In this document: piece by piece, positions 40,223 to 49,778 of the stretch | How positions within the stretch are numbered: position 1 is the first letter of the stretch | Layout: each line of letters starts with the position of its first letter | NCBI GenBank assembly: GCA_046075565.1 | Contig: JBJTQJ010000030.1 | Coordinates: 32,001 to 96,000, forward strand | Length of the DNA stretch: 64,000 nt | DNA from: Verrucomicrobiales bacterium | GTDB taxonomy: Bacteria; Verrucomicrobiota; Verrucomicrobiia; Verrucomicrobiales; SLCJ01 | Reading direction: 5' to 3' | Program-made: the position numbers and the translations under genes | Notes under the pieces: model-generated | The model's database searches: none | What the model was told of the DNA's origin: nothing | The model's input: the letters and a program-made list of their open reading frames with translations, nothing else

Positions 40223-42079
40223 ATGAATACCCTCCTGCTCGCCGTTGGCACCCTTGTCCTCTATCTGGTGGCTTACCATACCTACGGCCGCTGGCTGGCG
40301 AGAAAGATCTTCCGCTTGGACTCCTCTGCTCCCGTCCCGAGCGAGGTTCTGCGCGACGACGAGGACTTCGTGCCCACGGAACGCGGGGTGGTCTTCGGCC
40401 ACCATTTTACATCGATTGCCGGAACCGGGCCGATCGTCGGTCCGGCGATAGCCGTGTTGTGGGGATGGTTGCCTGCGCTCCTCTGGGTAATTTTCGGCTC
40501 GATCTTCATCGGAGCGGTTCATGATCTCGGATCACTTGTGGTATCATTGCGCAACCGGGGAGAAACAGTCGGCGAAATCGCCGGACGTATCATTAGCAAA
40601 CGGATGCGCAGATTGTTCCTGTTCCTGCTCTTCTTCGCTCTCACTCTCGTGCTGGCGGTATTCGGATTGGTCATTGCCAGCGTTTTCCGCCAATACGCAT
40701 CTTCGATTTTTCCCTGTCTGTTGCAAATCCCCCTCGCGGTGGCGATCGGTTACTGGCTGCACCGCACGGGCGTGGGATTGATGCTGCCGAGTCTCGTCGC
40801 GCTGACTCTCATGTATCTGAGTGTTGCCTATGGCGATGTCGGTTGGTTGCAAACGGCCAACGAATGGATGAAATCGCGTCCGACCTTGGATTGGGTCATT
40901 TTCCTCCTCGTGTATTCGTATGTCGCTTCCGTTCTGCCGGTCTGGATTCTCCTGCAGCCGCGTGACTTCATCAACAGCCTGCAATTGCTCAGCGCGCTAG
41001 GATTACTTCTGATCGGACTTTGCGCGGCCGCGTTTTTCGGCGGTGCCCCGGATGCCGAGGGAGCACGCGCGCCCCTCGAGTTCGCGGCGCCGGCGGTTCA
41101 CCTCGACAATGCCGGCGCCGGACTGCCCATCTTTCCATTTTTGTTCATCACCGTGGCCTGCGGGGCCATCAGCGGGTTCCATTGTCTGGTGAGCAGTGGC
41201 ACATCGAGCAAACAATTACGCAACGAAACCGATGCCCAACTTGTCGGCTACGGGTCCATGCTTACCGAGGGGTTTCTCGCCGTGCTGGTGATCCTGGCCT
41301 GTGCGGCCGGTATCGGACTCGGCATCACCAACCAGGGCGGAGCACATCTCTCCGGAGCCGAAGCTTGGAAGAGCTTGTATGCGGGAGGATTCGCCATGAA
41401 GGGCGGGGAAGCCATCCGCGCTTTTGTCGAAGGCTCCGCGAATTTCATTGGAGCGCTCGGCTTGACCCGCGACTTCGCCATCGCCCTCATGGGAGTTCTG
41501 GTGGCCTCCTTCGCGGCCACGACCATGGACACCGCCTGCCGTCTGCACCGATACATCATTCAGGAACTCGCGGGCACCTTCGAGGGCGGGGCTTTCGCTC
41601 CGCTGGCGCGCCCCTTCCGGGGCAAACACGGTGCGACGCTCCTGTCCGTCGGTCTCGCCGCCATCATCGCCGCTTTCCCTCTGGAAGGAAAAGCGTGGAC
41701 CTACGCCACCGCGGGGTCGGGTGGGATGATCCTCTGGCCGGTTTTTGGTGCCATCAACCAGCTTCTCGGGGGGCTCGCTTTCACGGTCATCGCCTTCTGG
41801 ATGTGGCGCCGACGTCTTTCGGTTTGGTTCATGGTCGTGCCCGGTATCATCATGCTTTTCCTTCCTGCCTACGCCATGGCGGTCCAGGTTTTCTTCGATG
41901 CCGATGGAAATGGCCGGAGCTGGATTGAGCAACGCCAATGGCTCCTGGCCGGATTCGGTATGGCCACACTCGTGCTCGAATTCTGGATGGTCAAAGAAGC
42001 CATTCGTATCTGGCCGAAGGCCCAGGGTATCCTCGAAGACAATCCCGCATCTCTCGATGCATCCAAAGCCTCGCGGTGA
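40223..42079 (+). CDS. cstA: Carbon starvation protein A family transporter
   Basis: GHHFTSIAGTGPIVGP, QPRDFIN, ITVACGAISGFH. Confidence 0.93.
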   Translation: MNTLLLAVGTLVLYLVAYHTYGRWLARKIFRLDSSAPVPSEVLRDDEDFVPTERGVVFGHHFTSIAGTGPIVGPAIAVLWGWLPALLWVIFGSIFIGAVHDLGSLVVSLRNRGETVGEIAGRIISKRMRRLFLFLLFFALTLVLAVFGLVIASVFRQYASSIFPCLLQIPLAVAIGYWLHRTGVGLMLPSLVALTLMYLSVAYGDVGWLQTANEWMKSRPTLDWVIFLLVYSYVASVLPVWILLQPRDFINSLQLLSALGLLLIGLCAAAFFGGAPDAEGARAPLEFAAPAVHLDNAGAGLPIFPFLFITVACGAISGFHCLVSSGTSSKQLRNETDAQLVGYGSMLTEGFLAVLVILACAAGIGLGITNQGGAHLSGAEAWKSLYAGGFAMKGGEAIRAFVEGSANFIGALGLTRDFAIALMGVLVASFAATTMDTACRLHRYIIQELAGTFEGGAFAPLARPFRGKHGATLLSVGLAAIIAAFPLEGKAWTYATAGSGGMILWPVFGAINQLLGGLAFTVIAFWMWRRRLSVWFMVVPGIIMLFLPAYAMAVQVFFDADGNGRSWIEQRQWLLAGFGMATLVLEFWMVKEAIRIWPKAQGILEDNPASLDASKASR

Positions 42080-42106
42080 ACGAATCTTGTTCATAAGCCG
42101 CCTGTC

Positions 42107-42664
42107 GTGAAAACTGTCCCGCTGATTCTCATCGCCACGTTTGCCACCGCCGCCGCGCTGTGGTTCGCTCTAAATGCGACCGCCGGTGGAAAAGATTCTT
42201 CCTTCGCCACCTCCGCATCCGCCCCCCCGCCGCCCATGGAAAAAGTCACCCGCACCGAAGACGAGTGGAAAAAGCAACTCACGCCCGAGCAATTCCGCGT
42301 TACCCGCCAAGCCGGCACCGAACGTCCGTTTGGAGATGCCTACAAGAGCTTCAAGGCCCAAGGCGAGGGCACGTATTATTGCGTCTGCTGTGGCAACAAG
42401 CTTTTCACTTCGAAACAAAAATTCGATTCGGGATGCGGATGGCCAAGTTTCTACGATCCAGCCACCGCCACCGGGGTGAAGGAAAAACGTGATGATTCCC
42501 TCGGCATGACGAGGATTGAGGTTGTTTGCTCCAAATGTGATGCCCACCTCGGCCACGTTTTCGAAGGCGAGGGGTTCAAAACCCCGACGGACCGTCGTTT
42601 CTGCATCAACGCGGCCTCGCTGCGCTATGTGGCCGCGGGCGATGAAAAAAGCGGGGAAATGTAA
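42107..42664 (+). CDS. msrB: Peptide-methionine (R)-S-oxide reductase with N-terminal signal/anchor
   Basis: GTERPF, CVCC and CSKC, KFDSGCGWPSF, HLGHVF, RFCIN. Confidence 0.95.
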   Translation: MKTVPLILIATFATAAALWFALNATAGGKDSSFATSASAPPPPMEKVTRTEDEWKKQLTPEQFRVTRQAGTERPFGDAYKSFKAQGEGTYYCVCCGNKLFTSKQKFDSGCGWPSFYDPATATGVKEKRDDSLGMTRIEVVCSKCDAHLGHVFEGEGFKTPTDRRFCINAASLRYVAAGDEKSGEM

Positions 42665-42679
42665 CGGCAATCGAATCCT

Positions 42680-42707
42680 GCTGGGATCGCCGACGTCCTC
42701 GTCGGCA
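42680..42707. repeat. REP-type palindrome, copy 1
   Basis: GCTGGGATCGCCGACGTCCTCGTCGGCA identical to 56658-56685; stem GCCGACG/CGTCGGC. Confidence 0.85.
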
Positions 42708-42809
42708 TAGGCACGGTTGTCGGGAAATGGACTCATCGCGCCTTCGGCTCTTTTGGCTCTTTCCTCATTTCCCGCTTTCCACCGGGGGCTTTTCCGCTTT
42801 TCTTAACCG

Positions 42810-43340
42810 ATGCTGGAATTTCTCCAAAGTCCGTTCATGCGCGGGCAACTCACCGGTCTGGCCGTCGGCCTCGTGGCCGTGCTCTGGATCACCACCCGGA
42901 ATTGGTGGGCGCGCCGGGAGCGGCGGAAAGAAATGGATGCTCGGCTGGCCGCTGTCCATGTCGAGGTGGAGAAACTCCGCCAGCACCTGCAAACCCAGAT
43001 GGAAATCACCGCCAAAGGCAACGAGGAGCAGAAAAAGCAACTCGACGAGATGCGCACGCAAAACGAAAACCTGCGGGTCCTCTTGCAGTCCCTCCAGCAA
43101 AAGCCCGAACAAGCCCGCGCCCGCCAACTCGAAGTCTGGCAACGAGCCATCGAGCGCATGCAAGCTGGAGCACCCGGCTTTGCGCCCGCTTGGCAGGGCG
43201 CTGTCCAGGAAGCGGAAGCCGAAATTGCCGCCAGCGAGAGCGGCCTGACCCGCTTTGTGAAGAAAATGCTCGGGTCACCCAAGATGGTCGCCACGCCCGC
43301 CTTGCCAGAGACCCCCGCCAAGGAGTCCACAGATGTCTGA
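42810..43340 (+). CDS. Hypothetical protein, N-terminal TM plus coiled coil
   Basis: Hydrophobic GLAVGLVAVLW, Q/E/K-rich helical region; overlaps start of next gene. Confidence 0.75.
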   Translation: MLEFLQSPFMRGQLTGLAVGLVAVLWITTRNWWARRERRKEMDARLAAVHVEVEKLRQHLQTQMEITAKGNEEQKKQLDEMRTQNENLRVLLQSLQQKPEQARARQLEVWQRAIERMQAGAPGFAPAWQGAVQEAEAEIAASESGLTRFVKKMLGSPKMVATPALPETPAKESTDV

Positions 43341-44526
43341 ATCGGAACCCTTGGCGACCAACGCGGAATGGACCCGCTCCTTTGAGGTCCGCTACACCCA
43401 CAGGGTCTTTTTCACCCGCCGGGCGGCTGATCCGACCAACCCCGTGCTCGACTCCGCCATAGGCGATGTCCGGCGCGTCCTCGTGGTTATCGAAGACACC
43501 GTCCATGCGGCTCATCCGGACTACGCACCCGCCCTCATCCGACGGATGGGTCCCCGTGCCGTGCCGACCCCACTCGTCCTGTCCGGCGGGGAACAGAGCA
43601 AACAGGACACGCGCGTCTATGACGCCATCACCCGCGCCATCCATGAATGCGGGATCGACCGCCACTCGGTCCTCGTTGCCGTCGGGGGAGGGGCGTTCCT
43701 CGATGCCGCCGGTTTTGCCGCCGCCACCGCCCACCGGGGAGTCCAATTGGTAAGATTCCCGACCACGACACTGGCCCAAGCCGATTCCGGTGTTGGCGTA
43801 AAAAATAGTCTTAATACGTTCGGGAAGAAGAATTTTACGGGTTCATTTTCCGTGCCTCTGGCCATCGTCAACGACCTCGGCTTTCTTTCTACGCAAAATA
43901 CGGAACAAAGAATTCTCGGTCTCATCGAGGCCCTCAAAGTGGCCCTGATCAAAGACCCGGAACTATTTACTTGGATTGCGGAAAATGTGGGACGGATTCG
44001 CTCCGCCGATACCGATGCCCTGGAATTTGCCGTGCGGTCCTCGGCCCGCCTGCATTTCGACCACATCACCCTCGGTAGCGATCCCTTCGAAAGGGGGTCC
44101 TCCAGGCCCCTGGACTTCGGCCACTGGGCCGCCCACAAACTCGAAAGTTTGTCCGGTCATTCCCTCTCCCATGCTGGAGCCGTTTCCATCGGCCTCGCCC
44201 TCGATGTCACGTATTCTTTCCTCAAAGGCTGGCTGCCCGAGGCTGATGCCCGGGCGATTTTCCGGGTCTTTCACGAACTCTCCTGGCCCGTCTATCATCC
44301 CTTGCTGGAGGCTCCGGGGACGAGTGGGAATGCCGCCATTTATGACGGTCTCGACGAGTTCCGCGAGCATCTGGGCGGGGAGTTGACCCTGCTTATGCTT
44401 GATGGCATCGGTCGCCCGCGGGATATCCATGAGGTGGATTTCGCGACCATGACCAAAGCCATCGCCATGTTGGCCCGCTCCGCGAAGTTCGGGACGTCCA
44501 TCGGTGAAACCGAACCGGGATCTTGA
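43333..44526 (+). CDS. 3-dehydroquinate synthase-like sugar-phosphate cyclase (EboD-type)
   Basis: GGE..K, GGGAFLD, PTTTLAQADSGVGVKN, DPFERGSSRPLDFGHWAAHKLE, GLDEFREHLGGELT. Confidence 0.85.
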   Translation: MSESEPLATNAEWTRSFEVRYTHRVFFTRRAADPTNPVLDSAIGDVRRVLVVIEDTVHAAHPDYAPALIRRMGPRAVPTPLVLSGGEQSKQDTRVYDAITRAIHECGIDRHSVLVAVGGGAFLDAAGFAAATAHRGVQLVRFPTTTLAQADSGVGVKNSLNTFGKKNFTGSFSVPLAIVNDLGFLSTQNTEQRILGLIEALKVALIKDPELFTWIAENVGRIRSADTDALEFAVRSSARLHFDHITLGSDPFERGSSRPLDFGHWAAHKLESLSGHSLSHAGAVSIGLALDVTYSFLKGWLPEADARAIFRVFHELSWPVYHPLLEAPGTSGNAAIYDGLDEFREHLGGELTLLMLDGIGRPRDIHEVDFATMTKAIAMLARSAKFGTSIGETEPGS

Positions 44527-44531
44527 GCAGG

Positions 44532-45233
44532 TCACCGGGTCGAGGGTTTCTTATCACCCTCCGGTTTCGTCTTCGGCTCGTCTGTTTTTTTCTCCTCCTT
44601 CAGCCCGAGGAGGATCTCGATATCCTCGTCCGGTTCGGCTCCGAGTTTGCGTGCCTGCTGGTAATGTCGCCGAGCGGTTTCCTTTGCCGGAGGCGTGCGA
44701 CGGAGAGCCAGTGCGGCGAGGTTGAAATGGGCATCGGCAGATTCGGGGTCGATACCGAGGGCATCGTTGAGGGCGGATTCGGCGGCGTCGCGCCACCCTT
44801 GTTTTTCCAGTGAGAGGGCTAACAAAATCCGGTGGCTTGCCACGCGGGGTTCGAGATGCACTGCCCGCGTATAAGCCGACATGGCCAGCCATGGTTCGGC
44901 ATCGCGGTCGTAGATAAGCCCGAGCGTGGCCCAACTGCTCGCCAATTTCGGCTCAATGAGCACGGCCCGTTCGAGCTGCTGGCGCGCCTTGGCCGCATCA
45001 TTCGTTTGGAAAAGCGCGGCTCCATAGCTGGCGCGGGCGAGCGGGTTGAGCGGATCGCAGTCCACCCACTGTGCGTAAAGCCCGACCGCTTCTTTCATTT
45101 TCCCGCTCGTGGCTGCTTCCGCCGCCCGGCGCGGCAATTCGTTGATCGGGATTTCTTTTTCCCCGGCGGCCGGGCAGGGGGATGCGGAAAGAACAACGGC
45201 TAGAGCCACCGTGGGGAAGAGGCGAAGTATCAT
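44532..45233 (-). CDS. Secreted tetratricopeptide repeat protein
   Basis: Signal peptide; TPR-like ...RAVLIEP..SWATLG, ...ALGIDPESADAHFNLA. Confidence 0.85.
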   Translation of the reverse strand: MILRLFPTVALAVVLSASPCPAAGEKEIPINELPRRAAEAATSGKMKEAVGLYAQWVDCDPLNPLARASYGAALFQTNDAAKARQQLERAVLIEPKLASSWATLGLIYDRDAEPWLAMSAYTRAVHLEPRVASHRILLALSLEKQGWRDAAESALNDALGIDPESADAHFNLAALALRRTPPAKETARRHYQQARKLGAEPDEDIEILLGLKEEKKTDEPKTKPEGDKKPSTR

Positions 45234-46009
45234 GACTGATGGCGTTGCAGGAATTCAAGACCGAGGGCGCGAAAGGCGGCGGCGGCCACTCCGTCCGGAT
45301 CGTGTTCAATAACCGTCCGACCGAAACTCGGCGCCTCGCCGACCCTCACGCTCCGCGGAATGACCGTCTGGTAAACTTCGGCCGGAAAATGCCGACGCAC
45401 TTCTTCGACGACCTGACGGGCCAGGTTCGTGCGTCCATCGAACATCGTCATGAGAATGCCCTCGACCGTGAGCGAGGGATTCGCGCCCGACTCGCGGATC
45501 TGCGCCACCACCTGCATGATTTTTGCCAGTCCCTCAAGGCCATAAAACTCGCACTGCAAGGGGATGAGGATTTCATCGGCCGCCGCCAGCGAGGCTGTCA
45601 TCAATACCCCGAGCGATGGCGGGCAATCGAGGATGGTGAAATCGTATTCGTTTCCGGCTTTCAGAGGAGCCAGCACCTCCCCCAGACGGGTGAGGTGAGT
45701 GTCGGTGCGGGCCAGTTCGATTTCCACGCCGGCGAGGTCCATTTCCGAGGGGATGAGAAAAAGATTGTCCCGTCCGGTGGCGCGGACCTTGTCGGCGGCG
45801 GTGCTCGCCCCGAGCAGCGGTTCGTAGAGGCTGACCGAGCCGGTTTCTTCCGACAAGTCCATACCCAGCCCGCTGGTCGCATTGGCCTGGGGGTCGAGGT
45901 CAATCAGCACGACCCTCCGGCCTGCGGCCGCGATGCTCGCCGCGAGGTTGACCGAGGTGGTGGTCTTCCCGACCCCGCCTTTTTGATTGGATATGGCAAT
46001 GACCTTCAT
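45230..46009 (-). CDS. parA: ParA/Soj family ATPase
   Basis: NQKGGVGKTT, DLDPQANAT, DCPPSLG, LQCEFYGLEG, EAPSFG. Confidence 0.93.
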   Translation of the reverse strand: MKVIAISNQKGGVGKTTTSVNLAASIAAAGRRVVLIDLDPQANATSGLGMDLSEETGSVSLYEPLLGASTAADKVRATGRDNLFLIPSEMDLAGVEIELARTDTHLTRLGEVLAPLKAGNEYDFTILDCPPSLGVLMTASLAAADEILIPLQCEFYGLEGLAKIMQVVAQIRESGANPSLTVEGILMTMFDGRTNLARQVVEEVRRHFPAEVYQTVIPRSVRVGEAPSFGRTVIEHDPDGVAAAAFRALGLEFLQRHQS

Positions 46010-46156
46010 GAATTCGCGTGCCCGTTGGCACAGCCGGGCACGTTCGCATACAACCACCGGCTTGTGCAAATGGTTCCATCGGAAAGATGGACGCGGTGGG
46101 CCTCCAGCCCCCTAGGGCTCTTCCCCCGCGGACTTTTTTGGCAGAAACCTCCCGTT

Positions 46157-46867
46157 TTACTTCTCGGCCACCAGTTCCTTGACCTTGCCCGCGATGGACT
46201 CTGCCCAGATATCATAACCATTGGGCGCGAGGTGGAGGAAGTCGTGCATGACCTCCTTGCTGACGGTGCCATCCGGTTGGAGGTATTTATCCCAGACATC
46301 AACCCAGGTGATGGAGCCGCCCGCATACTTCGAAATGATTTTATTCACGCCTGCCCGCAATTCGCGGCCGGGGTTGGCTTTTTCACCGGTGGGCAGGACG
46401 CTCATCAGAAGGATCTTCGCCTGCGGTTGTTTGGCTTGGATCAAATCGAGAATCGCTTTCACTCCTGCGGCCGCTTCTTCCGGTTTGGCGGTTTTGCCCC
46501 ACAGGTTGTTGGTGCCGATCATGACGACAAACACCTTGGCCTTGTATCCATCCAATTGTCCATTTTGCAGGCGCCACAGGACATTCTGGGTTTGGTCGCC
46601 ACCGATGCCCATGTTGACAGCCCGGTAGTTTCCCCAATGTTTGGTCCAGTTTTCACTGCCGCGCCAACGGGCGGTGATCGAGTCGCCGACGAAGGCGACA
46701 TCAATCTTGCCTTCCATCTTCTTGATGTCGGTATTGATGCGCTCGAAGTTCCCGTTCCACCATTTTTCGCCGTTGGTTTTCGCGGGCACCGGGGTGGTGG
46801 ATGTCATTTCTTGCGCATGGGCGGTGGCCAGAAAAAGGGTCGAAAGGAGAAGCAGGGCGGTTTTCAT
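46157..46867 (-). CDS. Secreted SGNH/GDSL hydrolase
   Basis: GDSIT, GIGGD, IGTNN, DFLH. Confidence 0.9.
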   Translation of the reverse strand: MKTALLLLSTLFLATAHAQEMTSTTPVPAKTNGEKWWNGNFERINTDIKKMEGKIDVAFVGDSITARWRGSENWTKHWGNYRAVNMGIGGDQTQNVLWRLQNGQLDGYKAKVFVVMIGTNNLWGKTAKPEEAAAGVKAILDLIQAKQPQAKILLMSVLPTGEKANPGRELRAGVNKIISKYAGGSITWVDVWDKYLQPDGTVSKEVMHDFLHLAPNGYDIWAESIAGKVKELVAEK

Positions 46868-46886
46868 ATAGGTAACAAGTTGCCGA

Positions 46887-46917
46887 TATTTATGCCGGGG
46901 CTTCTCCCCGCTGTCAA
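46887..46917 (-). promoter_or_regulatory. Putative sigma-70 promoter for the GDSL gene
   Basis: Minus strand TTGACA-17 nt-CATAAA. Confidence 0.45.
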
Positions 46918-46938
46918 CGGGGGAGAACTTCCAGCCCC

Positions 46939-48012
46939 TCAGCCTCTAAGGACCACGACATCCTTCGGCTCGGCGTGGGCATAGCGGAAGCGGTCTCCGG
47001 GTTCGCGCAGGCCGCCGGGATTCAACTCGGAAACACGCAACAACTCGCCATGACGGGTTTGCAACTCGTATTGGGCGGTTTCGCCGAGGTAAGTGCAATT
47101 CAGGATGCGCACGGTCAGGCAATTCTTCGTAGCGGGGTCATCAGTCAGGGTCAGGGCTTCCGGGCGGATGGAAAGTTTCACCTGCTCGCCTCGCACCGGT
47201 TTCCATACCGGGTCGCTGATGCGGCCCTCGATGTCGCCATTGTGCCCGGTGATCAGCACGGTGTCTCCGGAAACGTAGTCCACGAGTCCTGTTAGAAAGT
47301 TTGTTTCCCCGATGAAAGAAGAGACGGTGGCGGTGTGGGGGCGGCGGTAGATCTGTTCCGGCGTGCCGACCTGGGCGATCACGCCGCCATCGAGCACGGC
47401 CATGCGATCCGCAATGCTGAGTGCTTCCTTCTGATCGTGGGTTACATAGACGGCGGTGAATCCGAATTCCTTGCAGATGCGGCGGATTTCGGAGCGCATC
47501 TCCAGCCGGAGCTTCGCGTCGAGATTGGAAAGGGGTTCGTCGAGCAACAGGCAACGTGGTCGCACGACGAGCGCGCGGGCAAGGGCGATGCGTTGTTGTT
47601 GTCCACCGGAGAGTTGGTTGATGCGGCGTTCGGCGTAATCCTGCATGCGCACGATGCGGAGGGCCTCCATGACACGCTCCTCGATTTCGGCCGGCGCGAC
47701 TTTTCTTTCCTCGAGTCCGAACGAAACATTCCTCGCCACATTGAGATGCGGCCACAACGCATAGCTCTGGAACATCATGGCCGTATCGCGTTTGTGAGCG
47801 GGCACACGGGTCACATCATCCCCATCGAAGAGAACTTGCCCGGAATCCGGCTCGTAAAATCCCGCGATGTGGCGGAGAAGGGTGGTCTTGCCGCATCCAC
47901 TGGGGCCGAGCAGGAAAAACAACTCGCCCGGTTGGATTTCCAGATTGATCGATTGGAGGGCGACACTTTCGCCGAAAGATTTGCGGAGATTGCGGATGGT
48001 GATGGCGATCAT
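46939..48012 (-). CDS. ABC transporter ATP-binding protein (PotA/FbpC-like, TOBE domain)
   Basis: GPSGCGKTT, LSGGQQQR, LLDEPLSNLD, VTHDQ. Confidence 0.93.
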   Translation of the reverse strand: MIAITIRNLRKSFGESVALQSINLEIQPGELFFLLGPSGCGKTTLLRHIAGFYEPDSGQVLFDGDDVTRVPAHKRDTAMMFQSYALWPHLNVARNVSFGLEERKVAPAEIEERVMEALRIVRMQDYAERRINQLSGGQQQRIALARALVVRPRCLLLDEPLSNLDAKLRLEMRSEIRRICKEFGFTAVYVTHDQKEALSIADRMAVLDGGVIAQVGTPEQIYRRPHTATVSSFIGETNFLTGLVDYVSGDTVLITGHNGDIEGRISDPVWKPVRGEQVKLSIRPEALTLTDDPATKNCLTVRILNCTYLGETAQYELQTRHGELLRVSELNPGGLREPGDRFRYAHAEPKDVVVLRG

Positions 48013-48153
48013 GCGGCGGCGGTCTGAGCGACAGTCCGGAATTTGCCGGATCCATGCTCCGGAATCAACCCGGAAACCATCGCTTCGCTTCCGTTTCGCC
48101 TGAATACGGCAAAGGCGGTTGCCGGGCCGGGTGAACCCCGCTTTGTTTCTGCC

Positions 48154-49209
48154 ATGCTCACCCGTCTCAGACTCCACCATGTCCGCTGCTTTGGCACGGT
48201 GGAGGTGGATCTCCCGGCTGGCGGCCTCTGTGTTTTCACGGGGGCGAATGCCCAGGGCAAAACCACCCTGCTCGAGTCGGTTTGTGTGCTCCTGCGCCTG
48301 CAATCGCCCCGGGCAGCCGCCCTCGGGGAACTGGTGAAATCCGGAGAACCTGCCGCCGCCATCGAAGGTGATTTTTCCGAACGATGCCTGCGTGTGATCC
48401 TCGGCGAGAGCCGGCGAATGTCGGTGAACGGACATTCCCTGGGAAAATCGGGCGAATACCTTGCCGAATCCGGCCTCGTGGTCTGGATGGGAAACGACGA
48501 CGTCCAACTTGTGCGCGGCGGGGGTGAGGGGCGGCGGCGTTTTCTCGACTTCGGGGCCAGCCAACTCGTGCCCGGGTATCTGGAAGCCCTGCGGGCCTAC
48601 GATCGTGCCCTGCGATCGCGGAATTTTCTCCTCAAAACCGATGGCGACCCGCGCCAGCTTGCCGCTTACGCCGCCCAACTCATCCGGCACGGAGAAATCG
48701 TCCGAGCCGGGCGCGCGGAACTCCTCGCCCTGCTTGCTCCCGAGGCCGCTGCCGCCCACCAGGCCATCAGCGGTGAGGGGGAAGTTCTGGTTGTGGAGAA
48801 AACCGACGGCTCGCCCGGTGGTCTTGCCGCCGCCCTTGCCGCCACCGCGACCGAAGAAACCCGCCGTCGCGCGACCATGGCGGGTCCGCATCGCGATGAT
48901 CTGGTTTTCCATCTCCAGGGCATGAATGCCTCGTCCTACGCGTCGGAAGGTCAACAACGCACCATCGCCCTCGCGCTTAAGGTCGCGCAGGCCCGTGTTC
49001 TGGCCACCCGCCGGGGCCACTGGCCCACGCTTCTGCTCGATGATGTCTTCGGCGAACTCGATCCCGGCCGCCGCCACCGGTTGTTGGACATGCTGCCGGC
49101 CGAAGCGCAGAAGCTCGCCACCACGACCAGCCTCGCCTGGCTGCAGGACCCGGCCACCCCCCCGGCCGCGATTTTCGCCGTCGAAGGGCGGGAAGTCTCC
49201 CGAAGGTAG
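48154..49209 (+). CDS. recF: DNA replication/repair protein RecF
   Basis: GANAQGKT, RRRFLD, GPHRDDL, SEGQQR, LLLDDVFGELD. Confidence 0.95.
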   Translation: MLTRLRLHHVRCFGTVEVDLPAGGLCVFTGANAQGKTTLLESVCVLLRLQSPRAAALGELVKSGEPAAAIEGDFSERCLRVILGESRRMSVNGHSLGKSGEYLAESGLVVWMGNDDVQLVRGGGEGRRRFLDFGASQLVPGYLEALRAYDRALRSRNFLLKTDGDPRQLAAYAAQLIRHGEIVRAGRAELLALLAPEAAAAHQAISGEGEVLVVEKTDGSPGGLAAALAATATEETRRRATMAGPHRDDLVFHLQGMNASSYASEGQQRTIALALKVAQARVLATRRGHWPTLLLDDVFGELDPGRRHRLLDMLPAEAQKLATTTSLAWLQDPATPPAAIFAVEGREVSRR

Positions 49210-49358
49210 GCCCCGGCACAGTCTGGTAAATGTGGGGAATTCCCTCTCGATCCGATGGGGATAATCCACGGCTCTGGGGTATCGCAGCCCTCGCCGCTGC
49301 CCAACCCTTCATTTTCTCCGAATCGTGGCGCGTATTTTCGTTACCGGTGTCCGCGGCC

Positions 49359-49388
49359 TTGACGAAATCCGCAACTGGTCGTTAGGCT
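49359..49388 (+). promoter_or_regulatory. Putative sigma-70 promoter upstream of the YbaK remnant and EF-G paralogue
   Basis: TTGACG-18 nt-TAGGCT. Confidence 0.4.
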
Positions 49389-49482
49389 GTCATCATTGCC
49401 AACAGGCATGTGGCCGGTTCCTCCCGGGATCCACCCGGAACGGGACGCCGAGCCCCGAATTCCAACTCAAAACACCACAACC

Positions 49483-49762
49483 ATGATTGCAAAAAACTCA
49501 AAGACTACCTGGATTCCTTCGGCGTCAAATACGTGACGGTCACCCATTCGCTCGCCTTCACGGCGCATGAGGTGGCCGTATCCGCCCATGTGCCCGATCG
49601 GGAAATGGCGAAGACTGTAATCGTGAATGTGAAGGGGGAATTGGCCATGGCCGTCCTTCCCGCCAGCTACCACATCGACTTCCACCGCCTGATGAATGCG
49701 CTCAAGACGAGCGACATGTATCTGGCCACAGAGGAAGAATTCAAAAGCCGCTTCCCGGATCC
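49483..49762 (+). pseudogene. YbaK/ProX-like aminoacyl-tRNA deacylase, frameshifted near the start and truncated
   Basis: KLKDYLDSFGVKY...H..AFTAHEVA...MAKTVIV...VLPAS...LATEEEFKSRFPD, with no following G..PPFG half; ATG 49483 is one base out of frame. Confidence 0.85.
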
Positions 49763-49778
49763 AAAGTCACAAACCATC

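Noticed and set aside
46939..49269. 776-aa extended ABC ATPase
   Set aside because: The first 419 codons are mostly the antisense of recF; the ATPase starts at 48012
49210..49320. Possible ncRNA downstream of recF
   Set aside because: Only weak, mismatched stems; no family recognised
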